64,000 nucleotides of DNA. Source: Eledone cirrhosa. Taxonomy: Eukaryota. The stretch covers positions 107,384,001 through 107,448,000 of the forward strand of contig OZ024744.1 in assembly GCA_964016885.1 (NCBI GenBank), read 5' to 3'. This document shows, piece after piece, positions 12,997-23,575 of the stretch; within the stretch, counting starts at the first letter, position 1, and every line of letters starts with the position of its first letter. Below the pieces are notes generated by a model. It searched no databases. It was given only the letters and a program-made list of their open reading frames with translations, and was not told the DNA's origin. The translations under genes and the position numbers were made by a program.

Positions 12997-13256
12997 TAAT
13001 AATAATAATGAAATTATTGTGTGTAAAGTGCTCAGGTGCACTACAACTCGTCAAAGGTGTATGTATGGTACATAGAATAATACACAAATGTCAGGGAAGT
13101 GAATAGTGTATGAGTCATGGTATACATGTGTGTATGTGTATGGAGGGGGAACATTAGCTGTAGTGTTGGCGGATCTCGGGAAGCATGGAGGCCTTAAAGG
13201 ATGCAGTGTCTCGACAGTTAACAACTGATGCAGGTAGTTTGTTCCATGCTTCAGCA
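12997..13256 (-). mobile_element. CR1/L2-group LINE 3' end with (TTA)n tail
   Basis: Minus strand reads AEAWNKLPASVVNCRDTASFKASML, a CR1-type C-terminus. Confidence 0.7.
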
Positions 13257-14011
13257 TATAGAGAGATAGAGAAGGAGAGACTAAGATATAGAGAGATAGA
13301 GAAGGAGAGACTAAGATATAGAGAGATAGAGATATAGACTAAGATATAGAGAGATAGAGAGATATAGAGTAAGATAGAGAGAGAGAGAGATATATAGACT
13401 AAGATAGAGAGAGAGAGAGAGATATATAGACTAAGATAGAGAGAGAGAGAGAGATATATAGACTAAGATAGAGAGAGATAGAGATATATATACTAAGATA
13501 TAGAGAGATAGAGAGATATAGACTAAGATAGAGAGAGATAGAGAGATATAGAGTAAGATAGAGAGAGAGAGAGATATATAGACTAAGATAGAGAGAGATA
13601 GAGATATATATACTAAGATATAGAGAGATAGAGAGATATAGACTAAGATAGAGAGAGATAGAGAGATATAGAGTAAGATAGAGAGAGAGAGAGACTAAGA
13701 TGGAGAGAGATAGAGAGATATTGACTAAGAGATAGAGAGGTAGAGAGATATAGACTAAGATAGAGAGAGATAGAGTGACTAAGATATAGAGAGAGGTAGA
13801 GATATAGACTAAGTGTGTAGGGGGTTTTTGTTTGTTTTAAGCTATGTATATGCCCCGCTAACGACGTGGTAGTTTCAAAGAGGGACTTAAGGCCATCCGA
13901 AATAGTGAACCACGCCAGCACACACGACAACACGGGACCAACCCACTGAGTGAAAGACCCAGGGGGATATTAGGCAATAGAACCGGCCCCACTAGGCAGC
14001 CCCGCGGCCGC

Positions 14012-14488
14012 TTGGAGGGACATGCACCCCTGATTGAGGGGCATGTCCCTACTAAAGAGTGTAATTGCAGAAGGAAGGACAAATGCCCACTAGCTGGACA
14101 CTGCCTTATCAGGAACGTGGTATATGCTTGTAACGTAACCACAGGCACGTATACTAAGACGTACGTAGGATCAACCGCTAATGAGTTCAAGACGAGGTTC
14201 AACGCCCACCAGCATAGCTTCCGATATGAGAAGCTTAAAAATACCACATCGTTAGCGGGGCATATACATAGCTTAAAACAAACAAAAACCCCCTACACAC
14301 TCAGCTGGAGATGCCTTACTAAGGCTCCTCCATATAGCTCGTTGAGCAGGTGTTGTAGCCTGTGCCTATCTGAATCTCATGCCATAGTATTCTCAGGGCT
14401 CAACTTGCTCAACAGGAGATCAGAGATCTTCTCGTCCTGCCCCCATACCATACTTAGCTCTTTCTTTTTCTTCAGACCGGACGCATAG
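14012..14488 (+). CDS. PLE GIY-YIG endonuclease domain (truncated ORF)
   Basis: CNCRRKDKCPLAGHC...VVYACNV...YVGSTANEFKTRFNAH...CSLCLSE...LLNRRSE. Confidence 0.85.
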   Translation: MEGHAPLIEGHVPTKECNCRRKDKCPLAGHCLIRNVVYACNVTTGTYTKTYVGSTANEFKTRFNAHQHSFRYEKLKNTTSLAGHIHSLKQTKTPYTLSWRCLTKAPPYSSLSRCCSLCLSESHAIVFSGLNLLNRRSEIFSSCPHTILSSFFFFRPDA

Positions 14489-14937
14489 CCATGACACCAC
14501 CCAGTCCTGCACGTGGCGGCCCCGCTGGCGTACAGGGTGCTCTGTGGTAACCCCGGCCGCATGGATGCCTCGGCTCCCCGATTGGCGATGGGGACTCTGG
14601 TGAGGAACGGACGACCCTGTGTCCCAATTGCCAACCTGGGATTGGTGGCAACACTGTTGCCGGGCAACCTGGGGGCAGCTGATGCCTGCGATGCAGGTCA
14701 TCGTGAGGGCCTGGAACCACGTTGACTAATCTGAGAGGGTGCCGTCGGAGATGTATGTCAACAAACTCGAGAACTGCCTAGGGAAACAGTAACAAAACAC
14801 CCAATATGGCGGCCGCTCCCTGCCTATAGCCACTCACCCCCACCCCCTCCCCTAGTAAACCCCCGCCCAAATAGATCCCCCCCCCCATTCTTTTGAGCTG
14901 GTTCTTTATTATCAGTGATTAGTTCTTTACTAATAGG

Positions 14938-14971
<34 letters not shown>

Positions 14972-16910
14972 TATTTCACCACGGTCGACATAATCGGCTT
15001 GGAGAGTTGACTCCCTTGAAGTCTGACCACTCGATAAGTTAGGGGTTGTGCCCCTTGATCAGGGGTGTGTATAGCTGGTCTACCTGCTGTCTGCTACTAC
15101 CCGAGACTGGACACGGTCGTAGCCACAGGCCAGCGCGTGCGCGATAGCATAGAATGTATATTTTCTGCTGGTCACCCCGTGTAATATGATACCCTAAGAT
15201 TCCATGCTTGAGATTCACCGAAGCATGCGCAGTCTTAACCGGGAGATGACATGCGAACTTGAAAATACCACAAGCGAGACCCTCTGGATAACGTAGACGC
15301 AGGACCATACCCGCGAATACATACCCTGATCTGTCTTGAATATACAGGGCTGACGGAATATGGATAACACGACCACCATCTAAGCTGAGAACGACCCATA
15401 CAGCAAACAAAGAGAGGACAGCCCTTCGCTTTTGACCAGTCGCGTGTGGACTTGGAGTTCGTAATATACCACCCCAGTCAAATCCACACTGGTTTTTTAA
15501 CAATATAGCATGTGGACCAATACATCCTGCGTGGCGAAACCTTGGACTTAGAACCAGCAGGCTCGTCTATCGCGAAAGCGTTCAACCCCTGAAACTAAAG
15601 GATCGAACGGACCACATCCGGCAACCACTGGCTATTAGATCCACAGGTACATCTCCCAGAGAGTCCACGCAGATAATAGTGAACCCCAGGTGATCTATGA
15701 ACGTTTAAACAAGACCAGCTGCGCCTGGAGCTATGCAGATGACTGCTTACGCCTAGTGGATATCGTGCCTGGAGCTGTGCAGGGGACTGCATGGGCAGAA
15801 TGGATATCGCGCCCACACGGTCACCAGTAATGTTCATCCTGTTATATTTTTGTAATAATTTTATGATAATTTTGTAATAATTTTGCGATAATTTTATGAT
15901 AATTTGATAATTTTGTAATGATTTTGTGGTAATTTTGTGATGATCTGATAATTTTATAATGATTTTGTGGTAATTTTGTAATGATTTTGTAATAATTTTT
16001 AATCCTGTATCAATAATTTTAGAGTGTTTTTTTTGTGATAATACAGGGTTAGATCATTGAAGCTACCTTGTACCTTCTTAAAGATACATTTTATGATTGT
16101 CTTTTTGCTTATGTATTTTCTTAGTTACCACTTTCTTTAATCTTGCCCAATTTGATAAACTCCTTGAATTGCTCCCTAATTAAATTGCTTAAATTGCTTG
16201 GATTATTGTACCTATTATGCCTAAGTTGTATCTGTTGAAGCAGCCCTTTGAAAATTCCTCGGATATCCCAAATACCGTAATTTTTTACTTTTAATGTATA
16301 ATTTTCCTCAATTCGTTTTTATATTTATCCTCAAAGGCTCTCTAAAGTTTTAATTCTTCGAAGGGTCTCTCGGAAGAAGTTCCTATTGGAAATAGTATAG
16401 GGGCCTTTTCTGAGAGATTTATGGAAGGCTCTCTGAATTAACCCCTAATTGATTAGTTTCTTTCAACCTAGTTTTCAATTCAGTTTTCTGAATTTTGTAA
16501 ACGTGATCTCGGGGGAAGAAGGTTTTTTTCTTTCGGAAAAAATTTTTTTCTCTAGAAGAAATTTCATAGGAACACTATATATTTTTTAGGGAAACTTTAT
16601 ATTTTTATTTTCTTATTTTATTAGCCTCTTAATTTTCTTCTAGACTAATAGGTGTATTGGAGCCTGTAAGCTTTATGCACTCATTGAGGGATTTTCTGAG
16701 GTGCTTCTACGGGACCCCAAGTCTTTTGGTTTAATGTTGATGCGTGAATTATATATTTTTGTCTAATTTTTAAACTTCAATCCCTGACCCTGACAACTAA
16801 TATAAAAGAGCCCCCCTTAAAGCGGAGTTGCTGATGTATACAACAATTTCAAACTGCTAGCCTTGAGTGATATGTTGATGTAAACAATGATCTTGCAATC
16901 ACATGTTATA

Positions 16911-16957
16911 TGCCTTGATAAGTCCCACCATGGGGTCGGACGAAACGGCTGTCGGCA
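16911..16957 (+). ncRNA. Minimal type I hammerhead ribozyme, U3-A8 core variant
   Basis: TGCC-TTGATAA-GTCC...GGAC-GAAA-CGGCTG-TC-GGCA with a GUC cleavage triplet. TATAAAAG lies upstream at 16801. Confidence 0.75.
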
Positions 16958-17167
16958 ATAAACTTGTTATAATGTCATAATAGTTCCTTTGTTCTTTTTC
17001 ACTAATATATATATATATATATATTGTTATACTTGGGGAGGGTCATATTTGTGTAATATTGCCAGAATTAATAACAGAACACACTCACTGTTTGGTTGGT
17101 TTTCGCTTTTTGGTTCTCTGTCTTTTATATCGGTAATGAAAAAAAAGAATATATACATATATATATA

Positions 17168-18525
17168 CTAGCATTAAAGCCCGGCGTTGCTCGGGGTCAT
17201 TAAGTTACCAAAGTTAGGTTGCACCACCCATTTTATGGCAGCACTTTTTTGTCTGCCAGGCACTGGGTGAATGAATTGCAGACCTGGAAGCAGGAGCTGC
17301 GCCAGCAGTGACAATTGTAGTTTCGCCTATGGATATTATCTCTGCAAAAAAGTGTTGAAATTTATTGTTTCACAGTACTTGCGCAACACGCGCGTAGACG
17401 ATGCCAGCCGAACAACAGAGCTGCGATGGAGTTGTTCTGCATGGTTGTCTGTGTGTTTTCTAAATTTAAGACAGTTGGGAGGGTTGTGATATGAGGGAGA
17501 GTTAGCTGTTGTTTCTAGCAGGTTTAGTGACCTCATAGAGGATATGTGTTTTCTAAATTTAAGACAGTAGGGAGGGGTGTGATATGGGGGAGAGTTAGCT
17601 GCTGTTTCTAGCAGGTTTAGTAACCTCATAGAGGATATGTGTTTTCTAAATTTAAGACAGTAGGGAGTGGTGTGATATGGGGGAGAGTTAGCTGCTGTTT
17701 CTAGCAGGTTTAGTGACCTCATAGAAGATATGTTTTCTAAATTTAAGACAGTAGGGAGGAGTGTGGTATGGGGGAGAGTTAGCTGCTGTTTCTAGCAGGT
17801 TTAGTGACCTCATAGAGGATATTATTGTTTATCATTATCTATAAAAGGCAGATTGTTGTTGTTGTTGTGTGTGTGCACATGTTCCATGTTTATACATTTG
17901 CACAATTTCAAACCGATTCGACTCAAAGTCTGTAAGAATCCACGTTCGTTGAGAGGTTTTAAAAAAGATTTATCGCTTGTTGTTGAATAAATGTATCTGT
18001 TGCTTTTGAATAATTGTCGTTTCGTATGGAATTTAATAATTGAGCAACTAAAAGTTAGTGTGGTTATAAATCACGCACGTTGTTTAATTGCTTTAAATGT
18101 TTTTTTATCATTTGAAGTGAGTGTGTGTTTGTATGCGTTTGTAAATAAATCAGTAAGTTTGAAGTATAAATGAGAAAGTAGCAAAATGTGTGGGTTGTAG
18201 ATAGAGGTAAGCAGATGATATGAGAGTAAAACGGACGGTATCACCATCAAGCTTGGAAAGAGAAAGTAGCAGAAAGTATGAAGTTGTATAGATTTTGAAT
18301 GGTAGTAGAAAGAGTTTAGCAGTTTAAATGAGAGAGAAAATCGTAAAATATTGAGTTTTATCTATTTTTTGCGTAATTGTGGGTGAAATTGAAAAAATTA
18401 GATGTGCCAAGACGCAACCGAAGCTATTTCGAATACTGAATTGTAAATTTCAATTGAAGAAATTCTATATCGTAGATTTCTATAACAAAGGAGCATGTCC
18501 ACACACTGAGCTTTATAGATTATGA
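17168..18525 (-). mobile_element. Non-autonomous Helitron carrying an internal minisatellite
   Basis: Minus strand starts A|TCATAATCTATAAAG and ends CCCGAGCAACGCCGGG...CTAG|T. Confidence 0.65.
17451..17822. repeat. Tandem repeat, 4 copies of about 93 bp
   Basis: The C of TTTTCTAAATTTAAGACAG recurs at 17460, 17553, 17646 and 17737. Confidence 0.9.
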
Positions 18526-18532
18526 TATATAA

Positions 18533-18584
<52 letters not shown>

Positions 18585-18626
18585 CATATATATATATATA
18601 TATGTATATATTCTTTTTTTTCACAG

Positions 18627-18781
18627 GAAGAAATCTGCTGTACTGGGGCCTGGAAAGGGGATGGGCTCTGCCAGGCTTCAGATGCTCAAGAAACACTGTA
18701 TGTCACTATGCCTCCCCTACTACTCCAGGAGTTATGGGACCTTACCATATCATAGCAATAGCTAATGTGTTGGTTGATTGA
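18627..18781 (+). CDS. Candidate terminal coding exon of a host gene (frame and identity unknown)
   Basis: Strong acceptor TTCTTTTTTTTCACAG (AG at 18625-26), GC-balanced non-repetitive sequence, stops at 18755/18765/18781 depending on frame, then AT-rich UTR-like sequence with AATAAA at 19495 and 19598. Confidence 0.4.
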
Positions 18782-20433
18782 TCCAGTGTCAGATGTCATG
18801 ATTTACATTGTATAGAAAGAGGGATGGGGGGAGAGAGAGAGAGAGAGAGAAGGAATTAATATACACATATTGAGTGAAGTGGCAGGAAAATAGAGTTAAA
18901 TGAATGCAACTGGCATGCACATTTACACACACACACACATTCATACATAAACCCTCATACACACACAACATATACCCCCTACACACTCACATACACATTC
19001 ACATATGCCCCCCCCCCCCCTCCACTTACACATACAACCCCATTAACACATAATGGTGCTAATAGCTAAAGAAATAATTCATACATATGAAAATATATAA
19101 TCCTTTTCTCAAATTGCTATTTTCTTTTAGTAATGAATATAAAATTCACATTTTCAACATATGAGGAAATACATATATTTGACATGTCTACATGTCTATA
19201 TGTACATTCAAGCAATATCAGTTAACCCTGTACTGGATATGTACAGGTACGCATTTGTAATATTACAGGCAGAGGGAATTCATTGATTTATTTTTTTAAC
19301 AAACTTATACATTTTTCTTTATTTACCTATTGTAAATGTATATTTCGAAATGTTACCTGTCAAATGCCAGGTAACATTTTAGTATAAGCAGCATGAAATT
19401 TGTTATAACTATTTTGCTTATGTAACATTACCTGGTGTTACCCACAGTAACAACATATGCCAAGCTACATTCTAGTAACATTATAATGTTTAAAAATAAA
19501 TATTCAAAAATTTACTTACAGTAAAATATAAACAGCTCGGTCAATTTCAGACAGATGATCAGCAAGTGTGAGGGATTCAAGTTCTTCATTGCTCTAAAAT
19601 AAATTTGATAAAAACAAAGAATTCTAACTTTGTTAAATATTTAACAATTTCTCATCGTATGTATGTTTTCTCATGCTGCTAGGGAATGGATGGATCTTTT
19701 AAAGCAGAATTCTATGGATGTCCTTTCTAACACCAAATATTGCTTTATTCTTTTTTTTTTTCGAAATGTATGGAATTTCCACATATCTCACTGATAAGCC
19801 TCAAGATTTTTGTTTATGTTGGCCATGAACAAATGCCACCACCTGTGCTAAATTTTAAGTGATGAGAAACAAATACATACAGTTTTCCAGGCCATTTAAG
19901 AGAGGTTTGCCATGGAAACTTCTGTATGCTGATCAACTGGTTCTTCTAACCAAATCTGTGGAAAAGCTAGAGAAGAAATTCCAACTTTGGAAAGAGAACT
20001 TAACATCAAAAGAGCTTAGAGTAAACTTAGGAAAAACTAAAGTTCTGTAAAGCAGGAAATAAAACAGGACTCTGATCCCGTCAGGAAAGTGGCCTTGCTC
20101 AGTATGTAAAAAAAAGAGTAGGTAGTAACTCTATACTATGTACACAATGTAAATACTGGATACACAAGAGGTGTAGTAGTGTAGTAGGCAGACTAACAAA
20201 AAACAGACTTTCTGTGTAACAGATACACCAGGATAGTTAGTAGTAAGGGCACCAGTAAAATAAATGTTTTCCAGTCACAGGAAAGATCTATAGAAGTGGT
20301 TGATAGCTTCTGTTACCAAGGTAATCTAACTTTCCATGGAGGTGGGTGCTCCAAGATCATAGTAGTTAGAATAAGGACAGGATGGAAGAAGTTTAGTGAG
20401 CTACTCCATCTGTTGACAATAAAACGTTTCTCC

Positions 20434-20849
20434 TGTAGCAAGAGTTGCTTCCCTTGTTGTGACACTCACATCACCAATAGATTAACGCTCTCTAGACAGG
20501 AAGTAGCTGGAATTACTTCCCGTTGGGGTGGTAGAACCCTTTTTGTCACTTCCGTCTTGAGACCCTATAAAAGAGATACTCAGAGCGATCTCTACCTCTC
20601 ATTTGCCTTTTGGCTCCTGGCCTTCTAACGCGCCTGGCCCTTCGGCCAGGCGCGTTAGTCTGGCAATCCTAACATGGTCTCTTGCGAGCTAACTTCAAAA
20701 CGGTAACAAATAACTTTACTTCATTCTTTCATCTACTTTCATTGACTTGTCAACCATTCTGTTCTACATAACTGCAACTTGTTAATTAAACTTTATATAC
20801 ACAACCGAGCATCTTTGTTATATTCATACACCCCAGTATTTTTGTTATA
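20434..20849 (+). mobile_element. Solo LTR (Gypsy-like, 4-bp TSD CTCC)
   Basis: TGTAGC...GTTATA flanked by CTCC at 20430-33 and 20850-53. Contains a TATAAAA box and ATTAAA, and cleanly splits the RTE coding sequence. Confidence 0.75.
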
Positions 20850-21204
20850 CTCCCAATGAATGAAAGGTCGGCTGTATAATGTCTGTGTATAAAGTGTGAT
20901 GCTACATGGTAGTGAGACATGGGCAGTGACTGCAGAGGACATGTGAAGGCTGGAGAGAAATGAAATAAGCATACTGCATAAAAGAGTGAAACAGGGTATA
21001 AGATGAATCAGATGTAATGCACAAGAGAGAAGACTGCATTGATATGGACATGTGATGTGTATGGATGATGATCGTTGGGTGAATAAATACCATGAAACTC
21101 CAGTGGAAGGACCTGCAGTAGAGGGAGGCCAGGTAAGATCTGGGTGGAGGTGGTGAGAGCTAATCTCAAATCAATGAATCTCACAAAAGAGATGACTAAA
21201 GACT

Positions 21205-21697
21205 CTTTAGTATTTTAGAAGAAGTTAATAGAGATATATCTGTGTATGTGTTGAGAATGTATGTATTTGTGTATTGTATTAGTATCGATTGAAGTCACCG
21301 GAGAAGCAGTTAAATGCAATGTTGTGGTAAATAGCATCATACGACTTTATAATGTTTTTAATATATAATTTATTTACAAACCGATTACAAAGGTTTAGCT
21401 TGCATGCCATAAGAAATGAATAGACAAATTAATATGCTGTAAAAGATGCAGTCCGGTGGCTGAAGTAAGAAGCCCAGTCACGGTAAGTCCGGTAGCTACA
21501 TTTTGGAATGTTTGAGGAACGAAATCAAATAGGTATTACCTTCATGCAAAAGAGAAAGTTTATCGAAGAGAAGCGGGAATTTCTCCCTCTGGGCGGAAGT
21601 TGAGATACATCTCCCGACGCTGGTAGCGATTGGCTGAACTGAGTCAAACAACGCACGGAAGAAGGTATCAATGAGCCCAGTTAATTAGGTCGCTACA
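21205..21697 (-). mobile_element. Solo-LTR-like insertion, homologous to 29837-30358
   Basis: Minus strand starts TGTAGCGACCTA and shares CGTTGTTTG.CTCAGTTCAGCCAAT and GTAAATAAA blocks with the 29.8-kb copy. Interrupts the RTE 3' end. TSD is imperfect (GACT/AACT). Confidence 0.55.
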
Positions 21698-21799
21698 ACT
21701 GCAATAAGTGAAGAGATGCTGTGGTGAAAAAGACCTATCCAACCCATGACAATCAGATCAGTACAGAGTATGTTGCTGACATCATTGAAGCTAAAGTGA

Positions 21800-22989
21800 T
21801 GACATCCCAATGGAGATGATCATGTCAGGCAGCTCTATAATGGTCTAAGTGATGTGTAAGCTAAGTAACAAGATCCTGGAGATGGATGAGTGGCCAACAG
21901 ACTGGATGAAGTTAGTGTTTATCCCCATTCAAAAGCTCTCAGGGGCCATAGAATATACAGAACATCACACCTTTTCTCTAATCAGCCATGTCAGTGAAAT
22001 ACTTCTATGATTCCTGCTGCAGAGAACACAGAAGACCATCGTGGAACAATGCTCTGAGGTTCAGATGAGCTTTTGAAAGAATGTTAGGTAGAGAGATCAT
22101 ATCTTCAGCATGAGGATCATTATGGAATGGGATTTGAATACAATATCACCCTCCTCCTGTACACGGCTTTCATTGATTACAAGAAAGACCTTACTGATGT
22201 AGATGTGAGTCAAGAGCGCTGTAGTTAACCTATTGAAGAAACTATAGAGTGGGTAGTATGCAGCAGTTAAAGTGGATGCCCATCTAATGGAGTGGTTTAC
22301 CCCTTGGAAAGGTGTGGGACAGGGCTGCCTCATGTACTTCAAGTTCTACTAGGAAGAAGCAGTACCTCAGTCAGCAGGAGATCTACCCTGGATAGGAGTA
22401 ACCATTGGAGGCCAGAATCTCAACAGCTTTTGCTTTGCTGATATCATTTTAATAGCAACATAGCTAGAGATATTCCAGACTGCTTGACATAGCAGAGACT
22501 CTGAAGAGTGTCAACTTGAGATCAACACCAGGAAGTATCTGGGAACCACTATTAATCAAGTAGTAGTCACGAGATAGGAGCTTGGCTGGGGGAAGCAAAA
22601 TCTGCATTTAGATCCCTCAACACACTCTTCACAAACGTATCAAGTTAAAACTTCTGAAGACCCTGGTATGGCTTGTGGCAATGTATGGCTGCAAAACCTG
22701 AACACTGAAAACCACCGATGTTAACAAACTGATGTCATTACAGACATGTTACAGGTGGGCACTGCACATCAGCTAGATGGACCACAAAATTAATGAGTTA
22801 GTTCTGGAAGAGATGAGAACAGAGAGACAGATAGTGAAGACCATAAGAAAGGTGAAAGCTACAATACTTTGGTGATGTCATCAGGGCCTAGAACGTCTGC
22901 ACCCACATCCTGGAGGGACACATCAATGGTAGAAGGTCTAAAGGAAGTCCAAGGAGATGCTGGAGTGACGACTTCACAATGATGATGAT
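21800..22989 (+). pseudogene. Highly degenerate RTE/BovB-like LINE with (GAT)n tail
   Basis: WPTDWMKLVFIPI.K...FSLISHVSEILL, GVGQGC and YGCKT remnants. Confidence 0.7.
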
Positions 22990-23000
22990 ATATATATATA

Positions 23001-23575
23001 TTAGAAAGCGAGGTTTTTTTTACAAAATGAAAAATAACCGAGGTGTCCTACACGAGTGAAAGTATAAGGAAAAAAGATGAAATCGAAAATGCAACTGGAG
23101 TCTTTTTTTTTTTAAATATATATTTATTTGGTTCCTTTACCGGTTTCGCAGTTCTTCTGCTTTTCAAAAGTAGAATTGAGATGGAGGCTCTGTGGTTTTT
23201 CTCACATCTGGTTGGTCTTTGAATGCTACTTGTTTTATATGGAAAAAAGTGGCTCGAAATGCCAGGTTTTTAGAGAAGTAATTTGGTTGGTTGGTGCATA
23301 AGTATAATAAATTTTGCGCCGAAATATGGGCGAAAAATTTAATGTACTTGTTCACGTGACAGTCATAATTTCATTTATAACCAATCAAATTACATTTATA
23401 AAAAAAAAGCGCCTTCGTGAGCCATTTTTTTTTAAGTAAAAAGAAATTCAAACACAAACTGGTGCGAAAGCTGATGTGCTTATTCACGTGACTGCATCAA
23501 CCAACCAAACTTCACTCATGTATGAAAAAACAACCTGAGCACCCCCTTTGTTTGAAGAACTTTGTAACGCAACTC
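23001..23575. mobile_element. Rearranged 3' region (pseudo-LTR) of the 55.7-58.1 kb PLE family: inverted part plus direct part
   Basis: 23001-23320 is the reverse complement of about 57827-58150. 23325-23575 matches about 57640-57825 in direct orientation. Confidence 0.8.
23134..23171 (-). ncRNA. Minimal hammerhead ribozyme, U3-A8 variant
   Basis: Minus strand reads CTT-TTGAAAA-GCAGaagaaCTGC-GAAA-CCGG-TA-AAG. Confidence 0.7.

Larger units (their letters stand above)
8690..13812. repeat. GA-rich satellite with 30-bp unit (AAGATATAGAGAGGTAGAGAGATATAGACT) and 60-bp higher-order period
   Basis: Consecutive 60-nt lines are almost identical over about 12241-12840. Interrupted by Tx1 and CR1 fragments. 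Confidence 0.9.
13813..17000 (+). mobile_element. Penelope-like element, 5'-truncated: inverted 5' piece, GIY-YIG endonuclease, long 3' region ending in a hammerhead
   Basis: GIY-YIG ORF at 14012-14488. 13813-13872 is an inverted copy of about 14242-14300. Hammerhead at 16911. That the 2.4-kb 3' region belongs to the same element is inferred. Confidence 0.65.
19880..21755 (+). pseudogene. Old degenerate RTE (PHD-insert family), interrupted by two LTR-like insertions
   Basis: LPWKLLYAD, KTKVL, VDSFCY.G and RTGWKKF, continuing after 20853 and after 21700. Confidence 0.8.

Noticed and set aside
17451-17822. CRISPR-like array
   Set aside because: Whole units repeat with no unique spacers, and the context is eukaryotic.
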